A stretch of DNA of 64,000 nucleotides from the NCBI RefSeq assembly GCF_008831285.2, contig NC_045138.2, forward strand, positions 28,892,001 through 28,956,000, written 5' to 3'. Each line of letters starts with the position of its first letter. The first letter of the stretch is position 1. A model generated the notes under the pieces. The model did no database searches, had not been told where the DNA came from, and saw only the letters and a list, made by a program, of their open reading frames with translations. Source of the stretch: Nymphaea colorata (taxonomy: Eukaryota). Below, piece after piece: positions 24,873-35,987 of this stretch. The translations under genes and the position numbers were made by a program.

Positions 24873-26597
24873 GATTAAAATCCATGGATTAGTTGCCAAG
24901 AGATAAAAGACTATGGACAAATTTTTTGTCTGTTAAAATGTCTGAAATAATATCCACTGTATGTGGAACAGGACAAAAATGCACGGATAAAAAAAAAAAA
25001 GTAACTGCTGCATTGTGCAACGTTGCCAGAATGGAACGTATAGACAGATTGGTATCTAATCACTGCAAATCCATTAGATGAATGAAGAGAAAATGCAGGT
25101 GATTTTGGTACACCATAATAAAAGCACTTAACAATAGCACCTATAGGTACAAGAGCAAACCCTTGTAACGAACGACATGAAAACAACATATATTGTTAGC
25201 TGATGACGAATTGTATGTAAATGTTTAGCTAAACAACAGGTATTAATCTTTCGTTTTGTGTGTTCTTGCTGTGTAAAATGCATAATCTCTCCTTTTCGTG
25301 TGATGCTTAAATACACAAATTAGACACAACTGATTTCTCCTTCGCCCATGTGATGCATAAATGTATAAATTAGATTGTCTGCTGTTGTTATCGCTACAGT
25401 TTTCGTTCCTTGGAAACCTGCGTAGCTTGAAGTGGCTACATGAAATTTGGAAATGAGAAAACGTTTGGAGTTTCAAAATTATTTCGAATACAGCATCATG
25501 TGTCCCTAACTGTTAATAAGTGGAATTTGTTTATTATCGTGCTTTTAATTGCAAAATTCAGATATTATATGCAAGAAGTTTAAGCATATGCTAAAAGATT
25601 TGCATGTCTAAAAATGGAATTAGATATTAAGCATGTAACAACCAGTACCTCAAAATCTGAGCACAAACTTTCATATCAAGAAGAATTTGAATTACAATAA
25701 TTCTCGTTGGTATACATAAAGCAACCTCTTGGAGATCTCCTTTTAGTGAGGTTTTCATGCTAGATATGTCAACAGAAAAAACGATAGGGGTTTATTGTGA
25801 GGCTTGGAGTTCCTTCCGTCAACACCTGATGTTTAAAACCCCGATAAACCACCCGATCTGACAGCCTAATATACAAATCAGGTAGATGAAGAGGAAGAGA
25901 AAGACGGGGAGATGGGCCGGTGACTTCATAGCATGACAGAAGAAGAGAAAGAAGAAATAAGAGGAATAAGAAAAATACACGCAGGAGCACTAAGGGAACG
26001 CAAGATTAGAAAGAGAGAGAGAGAAAGACAGAGAGGAACCAGAAGATGAGCCCTAAGCTTGAGGTTTATGCTGTATCAGAACTACAAGCATACAATTATA
26101 AATTTACAACTAGTAGTAATATTAATTTTTGAGCTTATTTAATAGTAATGATAACTAGGCTTGTTTATCCTTGTTTTTCTTTCATTTAATGTTTTTTACA
26201 CCAGCTGCCCAGCCGCAAAATAAGCGAAAAAAATAATGTCCTGACGAATGTTAGGTCTTCACAGAGTTCTCTGCTTTTATCATCATGCTGATGACGTAGC
26301 AAAGTGTTAATGAACGTTCATTTGGTTAGGTTTATTTAATGGTTCAATCTGTAGTGATTTCATCTGTGATTTTTTTTTTTCTCCGTTTGAGAGTACGGGT
26401 TTTATCTGCATATACCATTTTGTATTCTTTTATGATATTAGCACTTACTATTGATTAGGACGCCATCATATTGCATTCATGATGCTTACTAAAAACTGCA
26501 TCTACAATTATGTGGTGCCTTAATATGAAGTTTGAATATCGCCTCTACCTTGTTAAGCAGGTCCGTTTGAATTGGTAGAAGGTGAGGCGTTCTTGTG

Positions 26598-28217
26598 ATG
26601 ATGCTTCTGCATTCTGCAAACCGGAGTCAGAGATTCAGAGGGTTCAAGGTTAAACATGTTATCAGAGCAATGGCGGTTCTTGCTGTATGCATATGGTTGG
26701 TCTACGAGATTAAGGGTTCAGGAGACAGTCCAAAGCCTGAACCAGAGATTAGAGTAACTATGGAGGATGGGGAGTCGAAGCTTCACTTTGGACCGAAAGA
26801 GATGGTCGACTTAGATAATAATGCTGCGAGGCTGAGCATGGAAATAGAAAAACCACAAGCTGGCAGTGAAGCGGACCAATGGCAGGCGAGTTTACCTGCG
26901 AAAAGTGAAATTGGTGAAGGTGGTGGTGATGTTGAAATTGTTCAGGACAGGGAAGAGGCTGGAAATGGTGATGCCAAGGATCTTAAACACAAAGGGGCGA
27001 TCATGGAAAAGCAATTCTCAGGCAGTGGTGATCAGGGAATTGAAGAAGTCCAATTTGAGCAACAAAGCAATATTGAAACACCTGAGGTTACTAGTGAGGA
27101 TGCCAAGGATCTTAAGGATAAAGAGGAAACAATAGAGAATGAGACTGTGGGCCGTGGCGATCAGGGAACTGAAGAAATTCTTGGCCAATTTGAGCAGCAA
27201 AGCAATGTTGAAACGCCTGAGGTCACTCATGAAGATGCCAAAGATCTTAAGGATAAAGAGGAAGCTATAGAGAATGAGACTGTGGGCCATGGCGATCAGG
27301 GAACTGAAGAAAATCTTGGCCAATTTGAGCAGCAAAACAGCACAGTAATACTGTCATTGGAAGGAGAGAATGAGAAGTGGATGACTGATGTGATTGACAT
27401 TCCAAACAAGATGAATGACAAGGTGGAACAGGAAGATACAGAGAATACGAATGGGGAAGAGGATGTTGTGAGAGAACTTTTCAGTGAAGAATTTTCTCAG
27501 AATAGTCAAACATGGAACCAGAACACAGTGGAACAGGAAGACACAAGCAAGAGGAACGTTGAAGAGGATGATGGAAGAGAAAGTGCCAGTGAACAGTTTT
27601 CTCAGAACGGTCAAACAGGGAACCATCACACTTTGGGACAAGAATATGCAAGTCAGTTGAACCTTGAAGTGGATGATGCAAATGAAAGTGCCAGTGAAGA
27701 ATTTTCTCAGACTAGTCAAACAGAGGACAGTGACATATTGGGACAAGAAGACGCAAGCAAGTTTGAAGAGGATGATGCCAGTGAAAGTGTCAGTGAAGAA
27801 CTTTCTCAGAATAGTCAAGCAGAGAACCATGACACAATGGGACAAGGAAATGTGAACATTGTGAATAGTGAAGAGAATGATGTTATAGAAAGCATGCGTG
27901 AACGAATTTCTGATCAGAGTAACCAGAAACAGGACATAGCACTTGAGCTGAGTGATTCAGATGGTGAAACTCGCACTTTCTATGATGAGGATGGTCCCAG
28001 AGATTCTGACAGTTTTTCGCTTCCATTGAACAAAACAAGAAGCAATGGGGCTACAGATATCTTGCAACATGATTCTCCTGTAACTGCAGATTCAGAGGTC
28101 CAAACGAAAGTGGACAGCACCACTAGCACTATTGAGGTTTCTGAAATAGATCAAATCCCACAAACTGATGATGCAAATGCGAGTGATGGAAGACTCTCCC
28201 TGCAAAATTCAATTTAA
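26598..28217 (+). CDS. Acidic low-complexity probable type II membrane protein (dentin sialophosphoprotein-like plant family), about 539 aa
   Basis: Long uninterrupted ORF; first ATG at 26598 (the track starts at GTG). N-terminus NRSQRFRGFKVKH plus a hydrophobic segment ending CIWLVY resembles a conserved plant motif. The rest is E/D/Q/N/S-rich with internal repeats. Likely splice acceptor at 26559-26560 in the 5' UTR; probable non-coding first exon near 24380-24660. Confidence 0.88.
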   Translation: MMLLHSANRSQRFRGFKVKHVIRAMAVLAVCIWLVYEIKGSGDSPKPEPEIRVTMEDGESKLHFGPKEMVDLDNNAARLSMEIEKPQAGSEADQWQASLPAKSEIGEGGGDVEIVQDREEAGNGDAKDLKHKGAIMEKQFSGSGDQGIEEVQFEQQSNIETPEVTSEDAKDLKDKEETIENETVGRGDQGTEEILGQFEQQSNVETPEVTHEDAKDLKDKEEAIENETVGHGDQGTEENLGQFEQQNSTVILSLEGENEKWMTDVIDIPNKMNDKVEQEDTENTNGEEDVVRELFSEEFSQNSQTWNQNTVEQEDTSKRNVEEDDGRESASEQFSQNGQTGNHHTLGQEYASQLNLEVDDANESASEEFSQTSQTEDSDILGQEDASKFEEDDASESVSEELSQNSQAENHDTMGQGNVNIVNSEENDVIESMRERISDQSNQKQDIALELSDSDGETRTFYDEDGPRDSDSFSLPLNKTRSNGATDILQHDSPVTADSEVQTKVDSTTSTIEVSEIDQIPQTDDANASDGRLSLQNSI

Positions 28218-31200
28218 AGATATCAGAGAAAGAAATTGTCCTCTTCCTACCAATCAAGACGGGAGGGCCTCTGGTTGAAATTTATCTCTACCATTTTTGT
28301 ACCAATTCAGGAATGCTGTTGCACTTACCTCCTGTCACATGTTTTGCGTTCAAAGTCTGTTTGGTTCTCTTCGAGTCATCAAAATCACAGGGACTTCGCG
28401 GTTACTGTACATAATTTGCTGTAGGTTTTTTTCTACAGCCATTGGCCGATTCCCTGGTTCCCTTTCAAAACAAATTAAGAGAAGGTAGTGCTTGATTGTT
28501 CTCTTCTTTTCTGTTTGCAATATTTACCAAATCAGAATCATTGTCTGATTCTGTTGTTCATCAAGAGTAACCCAGAATTTTCTCTTCGATCCAACTTGTT
28601 TTTTCGCCGATCCTTTTTCTCTTGGACAGTGGGATTCTAAGCCCAATGTTTCTTGGTTATGAACTTTGTTGGTTCATCTGAAGCACCTAACCTTTCTGCA
28701 TCTCATTTAAACCAAGTAATGTCCTTGGGATTGAGACTATACGAACTGCAACAGTAAGTAGAATGACTAATAAAGTCTGCAACTCATCTTGATGTATATT
28801 GGTCTTTCCACTAATTTTTTATTCATCAAGAATGATAATCAAGACTGATGGATCCTGATTGTATTAATGCAAGCACACACTGTCTTTCTCATTCTGCAAT
28901 AAAAGTGGAGCAGAAGCCTAAGATGGTGTTTCACACTCGTGAAATAGAGTGAACCTAATCAGCCAATCTCAGCTTTGAAATAGTCCCTGTACTTTCTTAG
29001 CTGCATTAAATGATTACTGCCGCCAAAAAGAAGAAGAGAGCAGATGACACAACTGAAATTTTCTTTACCAAAAACTCGATACCACGGAATCTGTAACGCA
29101 ACTTCAATGTGCATATCTTCACAGTTCACACCAAATTGAACGGTGCGTGTGGTTTCCCCTAGCCAGTTGTTGTATGGGGAATGAAGAACAAAGGTGCAGT
29201 CCGATACAAACGCTATCTGCAAGACTAAGTACATTTCAGCCCCTAAAATCTCACCATTTTATGTCATTTTGATCAAATTATTTTATAACAGAAGCAGTTT
29301 ATATGATTGATTCGATGAAAATCTGAATCATCAAAATTCAACACGTATCTTTTCAACATAGTAAAAAAAAACCGTTCTCCCATTTTAAACGACAAAGTTT
29401 TTTTGGTATAATAGGGCGAGTTTTAAGAAACTAGGTAAAAATATGATAAATTTTTAAAATTTTAAAAAGTAGCAAACAATCTAAGTCGACCATCTCTTTC
29501 AATTTCAAAAAAAAAAAAAAAACTGCCATAATGACAGATGTTGCCAATTTAGAAAAACATATTAATGATGTGTCAAAGAAACACGATTGAAGGTTGATTA
29601 CTATCAAATCGACTATATAAATGTCGACATTTGCATGATCAAAATTTGGCCAAAACAACAGGGAACGTTGGAATCTGAAGTGCACTTCCAGATAACCTTT
29701 TTATTGGATCCCAGTTGATGGACCACAGCCCCTTCACAAGGAAGGTGGCAAATGGCTCTAGAAACCGCAAAGTGTTTCTTCCACAAAAATTGGTGAAACA
29801 TTTCATAAGGAAGTGTCAGCCTTGGAAAGGAAATGTGCAGCTGCACTAAGAGTTCGAGCTCGGCTTGCTAAAACTCGATTGAAATGTATGTTTGAAATGT
29901 TATACGAGTCGAGTTCGAGTTGTAAGAATTTATTTTGTTTAAACTTGACTCGGCTCCACTACACAATGAATATTGAATTATAATGAGAAAATAATTAAAC
30001 GAGTAGCAACTAAACAAGTTAATCCAATTAAACGAGTACTGATGCTTGGCTGTGAGTTGAATACGTTAGTTTGTAGCTGTACTATAAAGTTGGTTTTGTT
30101 ATTTCCTTGAATTTTTGAATCCCTGTGAATCCAGTTTTATAAATATGACTTCTAGGGATGTCGATAGATCAGATTTAGGTTAGTAAGTACCATATACGAC
30201 TATGCGAACATTGCATTATTCGACTCGAAACAGATTAATAATTAATTTCGATACGCCCAAAACATATTTGATTTTTCACATGTAATAGGATTGAAATGTT
30301 CATAAAGATTGGATACTTGCCGCATTGATCAGTAAGAAAAATTCAAACCACGTCTGCGTCAGATTAGGAATAATCAAGTGATTTTTTTTGTCAAATACAA
30401 CTGCTTGAATACAATTTCGATTCAAAACCAACATCGGCTCATTTATCCAAACTATACCAGTGGTGTGACATGAAGAATTAGGAAACGTTTCGATAGCCCA
30501 TGATCTAAGCTGCTCAGGATTTAAGAATCGTGGATTTATGATCAGGTTCTCCCTCATTCGATCTTAATGCAAAATAAGGATTCAACTGTAGACTTTTTGG
30601 TCGGGCTTAAGATCCTTAGTTTGATGAACCATGAATTTTGCCGTAGATCTTTTGCTACATTAACAAAAGCATGTCACATAAGATCTATAGATTTCAAATG
30701 TGAAGTAATCTAACGCCCGCTTTGTCGAAATGGAATTTTTTGAAGCCATGCATGGCGCACACTGCTTGTGTCAACTTAATATTTATTGGCAATTTGGTAT
30801 TCAACAGCTGAAAGCTACACATAGAATTTGTTAGGATAACTTACTGGCAGCTGAAGCTTAACTCCTTGGGAAATGTATCATTTCGGAGCTCTTTTACCAG
30901 AAGTACTGTCCATTTTAAGTCTCAAGAAAAACTGTGCAAGTGTTTTCCATTCAATATCAGTGATAGGGATACCTTCATCATGCTTAATTTTGTAGAAAAA
31001 AACGTACCAGATCGCTCAAACCTCACTCTTTCTAAAGAAAACAATAACTATGGAAGCTTAGATTATAAGAAATCTTGGGGTTGGGAAGCTATAAACATTT
31101 CATTTAAACCAATTATATATTCATTAATCTAAGGTACATTTCTCACTGAATAAGAAGTTGATTTCGACTGGCATTCTATAGGCGCAGATATTGGACCGAC

Positions 31201-32202
31201 AAACGCGATCAACTACACGCGCTTCTGCCACACAACCTGAAAGGGGACCGAACGGAGAAAGCATCATCCGCCTTCTGCTTGGACGACAAGTAACGCAGAA
31301 AATTCAAGAACAGAACGCGTATACATTCCAAACGCGTTGACATTTATTCTGTAAATCTCACATTTTTCGCGAGGATCACGTCCGCCTTTTACAAATCTTC
31401 CATCACAGGAGCAGTACTGCGACGACCGCCCTTTCTTCTCCATTAATTCTGAAGATCTTCAGATGCCCTCTCATTTTCAATCACAAAGACACGTATGGCG
31501 CGCAATGACTTCTCAGAAAATCCTGCCGCATTTCCCGTTTCTGCACGTTTCTTCGCCTCGGACCTTTCCATCTACGGCAAAAGGGTGGTCGCCGAATAAG
31601 ATTAGGTTCCTCTGGTGTTGGTTGCGTTTCACTATCGGTTCCACATTAATACATTATCTTGGTCTCGTCGCAGACCAGCGCCAACCCTCTGTCTGTCGCT
31701 AAGCAGTGATTTGCTCTTCAATGGAAACGCCTGGTGGCTCGTGGCTGCACACATAAACACACACACACAAAGCTGTTCATATTAAGTTGAACATCTGAGA
31801 ATCTTTTGGAAATGCGTAACTTGAGAGTGGACTTTTTGCGTCCAAAAAATAACAAAAATTGAGAACAGAAGGATCCAAATATGTCGATGCCAGATGTTGC
31901 TGGGTAGATAAAAATTAAAAGTCTGTTGCTAAAAACAACTAAAAATACCATGAATTATTGTCATACTATAGCTAATGCTCATGTGGAAACTTTTTTTAAT
32001 GATATATTTTAATTTTTAGCTGTCCTTTATCAGCCGACAGATTTGAGCTCTACGTAAGCTCGTACATGTTGCATGAGAAATTTATGTATTACTAGCTTCT
32101 TGCTTTTTCATGGATACCCGTAAATTACTTCAGTATATTTTTGAAACTATGAAGAGTTTATATATGCATATACACATATATTAGATAGATAGATAGATAG
32201 AT

Positions 32203-32265
<63 letters not shown>

Positions 32266-33893
32266 AGAGAGAGATGCTCAACATTAACAGCAAATTAACT
32301 AGAAAAAGTCGCTGAAAGTGCCAAGGGGAAACAGGGGTAGAGGGCCAATGGAATTAGGTACGGTTGGGTTTAGAAAATTGATGCTAGTAAAGATCTTTGT
32401 TGTGAAATGATGGAGAAATCTTCGGATTATTCCTCACCTTTCTTGATGTTCCCGTCTATTTCTTGCTTGCTATGGTGACAAAGTGATGAGCTGGTGGAAA
32501 ACGCCAACACCTTCTCAGCCGTACCCAAACAAACGTAAAGGTTAAAGAGACGCCGACCACTGTGGGCCTTTCTGCTTAAACCGCAGACAAGAAGCCTCAG
32601 ACAGAAAACCAATGAAAGCAAAAGAAAAGCAGAAGCTTTCATTGATCACCACAACATCTTGGATACAACGCTTATATTTCTGATGTTATAAGATGAAGCC
32701 GGGGAATTTTTCATTGCAGGGATTGAACTAAGCGTTTAAAATTTAATAGGAATGGAAATATAATTTTCATATTTTTTATATATGTTAAATTAAAATTTGC
32801 AAAATTTACATGTAAATTATTAGAAGTAAAAAATAAGACCCATAAATAGTTGATTTCATCCCCATGTACACATGGCAGAAACCATTCACCTGAATCAGCA
32901 TTGGTTCTTGCTACAATGATGTGAAAGATAAAGACAAAACAAGAGGTGCCGTCCTATGGTTGGCAGAACCACAGGAAACAAGAGCACATGCAACCCACTC
33001 AAACAGGAATATCTGCTTAAGTATATAGTTATTATGAATCATATTTTATAATCGTGATAAACAAAAATGAAAAGACTGAGTTATAGTAATGACATAACAA
33101 AATACTAGTATCATCACAAACATGCGGTCATCGTGATCAATTGTGACATTCTCAATGAAAAAATAAGGTTCATAAACTCATTTCATTAATGGAGGGTAGA
33201 GGGACAGCTGTGCACACATTATTGTCAAAGGTGAGTTGGGGCCAGTTACATAAATAATGGCTCCTGCATCGAGACGAAGACTGTTTTTTTTTTAACCTTC
33301 GCGGCTAATGTTTCTAACTTCGTCATCGCACGTGAATTGAATTTAATACAGTGAAATGAATGAATGCGTCAATTGCCTGCACGTTAGAGACAAATTTAAA
33401 CATGTAAAGACCAATAAGACAACAGCAACGAACACGTTTTTTTCAAGGTTCCACGCAGGTTCTTCAAAATCAACCAATGTGGCATGTTTTTCTAATTGAT
33501 TTATATATATATATATTAATTAAACATCTACGTTATATATATATATATATATATATATTGATTGATTTCGAAGGACTTTGGTAAAAGCCACACTTATTTA
33601 ATTGTTGGGACGACCGTGGAATCTTGGGTTAGAGTAGGAAAGAGGAAGGAGGCCTCATATGCATATGAGAAGATGAGATTTGGTTAAGAAATTGATTTAA
33701 TAAATTAGTTAAACGACATGACATACATCACATCTTTGTCATCCACAAAAATGACGTGCCCGTCTCTTCCTCTCCTCACTTTATAAAATCTCCCATGGTC
33801 TCTGATCAGAAACAACAAGATACAGTAACAGGGTTAAAGAGATCAGAGATTGGAGAGAGTGAGAGCATTTCCATTGCTTAGGGGAAAGCAATC

Positions 33894-34403
33894 ATGGCGT
33901 TGCAGCAAGAGCAGGAAGCCAAGTGGGGAGGCAAAGTGAGCGCCCTGGTGGGAGGGGTGATGGCAGACCAGGTGTGGCCTCTGCTGGCGGAGTTCGGCCG
34001 CATGGACCGGTGGATGCCCACCGTCGCCACCTGCCAGCTCATAGGCGTGGCCGGGACTCCCGGCTGCCTCCGCTACTGCGCGAGCGCCGGCGGCGACCGA
34101 TGGGCGAAGGAAGTGCTCAAGAGCATCGACCATGCCCGCCGGAAGATGTGCTACGAGATGACGGAGAGCAGCATGGGATGGCGATACTATGAGGCTTCCG
34201 TGGAGGTCGTCGACAGCGCCGAGGAGGGCGGCTGCCGGATCGAGTGGACGTTCAGGATGGATCCCGTGGACGATAGGACCGAGGAAGGTATCGTGCAGTA
34301 TATCGGTTTTGCCCTGGGGTGCATCTCTAAGAGGATGCAGGAATTTCTGTGTGGTGGTGCTGGCGGCGACAGCGGCGGCGGTTGTGGTAACGATGCTGCT
34401 TGA
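33894..34403 (+). CDS. Lachrymatory-factor synthase-like SRPBCC/polyketide cyclase-2 (Bet v 1-fold) protein, 169 aa
   Basis: Motifs KWGGKVS, ADQVWPLL.EF..M.RWMP, GTPGCLRYC, WAKEVL.SID and GCRIEWTF..DPV. GC-rich intronless ORF; TATAAAA at about 33782. Confidence 0.92.
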   Translation: MALQQEQEAKWGGKVSALVGGVMADQVWPLLAEFGRMDRWMPTVATCQLIGVAGTPGCLRYCASAGGDRWAKEVLKSIDHARRKMCYEMTESSMGWRYYEASVEVVDSAEEGGCRIEWTFRMDPVDDRTEEGIVQYIGFALGCISKRMQEFLCGGAGGDSGGGCGNDAA

Positions 34404-34978
34404 GATTCCGCCTGTAGCGGCGGCGGAGATGGTGACGATGGCCAATGGTGGTAGTTAATCTCCTGCTGAAGACAGTTTACCCGCACTCGCTCTTCATCTC
34501 TGTATCTTATTATCGTCTTGCATGATCATCAACTTGTATTCAATAAGCATGGCTCATTTACCAAGAATGCAATGTCCTTCCATCAGACTATTTCGAGAAT
34601 TAGTGAGTATTGTTTTTGGTAGGATTCAATTTCACTTCAATCGGCATCCCATTTTGTTGAAAGTCATTTGCAAATTTCAAACTCGTTAGAACCCAACCAC
34701 ATGTTACTGTGTTCAGATCACGTGCATCAGTGCATGTATGCCATTTATGTACCACACAAAATATAATATATTAGGAATCAAATGTATCTTATGTGTCAGA
34801 TGATTGAAACTAAAAATTTGCCACTAAAACCACCACAAACTATTGTTTCACATGCTACCACTATTTTCTAACTACATATTTTTAATTCTTAGTCATCTCA
34901 CGTTTATATGTGTGTATGAAAAAAAAAAATTTATGGTGTGTGTGCGTGTGTGCGTTTTTTATTTGTTTTCTAACGGCA

Positions 34979-35115
34979 GAAGGTTTTTATTGGTGCATTC
35001 AGGTGTTAGGCAAGCGTACTAATCGCTAAAAAAGGCAAAATAATGACGGCCCCGAGGAATAAACGTAGCTAAAAAAGGTTTTTGTTGGTGCACTCGGGTG
35101 TTAGGCAAGCACACT
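34979..35115. repeat. Two about 42-bp direct repeats
   Basis: AAAGGTTTTTATTGGTGCATTCAGGTGTTAGGCAAGC and a near-identical copy about 96 bp downstream. Confidence 0.8.
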
Positions 35116-35939
35116 TGGCACTTCGGAAAGTAACCCGAGATCATGTGGTGTCATCTCCATATGGTTTTAATAATGGAGAACAGATCTGTACAAACTAACC
35201 GCAAAAAAAAAAGAAGGAAAAATTATTACCATATCTTAAACATCGTAAGTTGGTTTCATTATGGTTTAAGCCTAGAACGCTTCTCTAGCTTATGAATTTA
35301 TTTTTATACGGAAATAAGATTAATATATATGACCTATTTAAAATATTGATGATAATAAGTTTTAGACCATGAAATTCATATTCATACGGTTAGACGAGAA
35401 ACCATAAAATAGATTTTCAAAATCCAGCTTCTCTTTTTGCTTTTGGGGTTGCTACAGTTCATCCAATCCGTATTCCTATCTGGATGGCTTTCAGAATCCT
35501 GGCACATCAGAAGGATAATTCGTGGAATGGAACACTGTGTTCCAAAGAACATGGTGTACCCATATAATGGGCACCAGATGTTCGCAAATAGAAGGAGATG
35601 AAACTCGCCTTTGCAACGGTAGGACAACTGCACATTCAAACGGGTGGGAGGAACGTCGATCAGAAAAGAAGAGAGAATTTTGCGACGGAGTGGACAACCG
35701 CACATTCAAACGATCATAATACATCGGCAAAAGTCTGAACCCTTCTGACTATTTCCGTCGGCTGGATAAACTCCTTGTATCAATTATCATACATATAAAT
35801 CTCTCTCTTTTTATGTATATATATAAAAGGAGTTGAAATCTTCAACCATCTTAAGCTCCTCCAATCACTACCACACGATGCAATGCAATGAGTGGGTGTG
35901 TGTGCTGTGAAAGGATCCAAAGAAGAAAAAATCCTTCAT

Positions 35940-35987
<48 letters not shown>

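Noticed and set aside
25767..26110. Possible solo LTR (TG...CA, purine-rich)
   Set aside because: No 4-6 bp TSD, PBS or PPT identified.
33843..34486. Antisense and alternative-frame ORFs over the LFS-like gene
   Set aside because: Expected by-product of high GC3 coding sequence.
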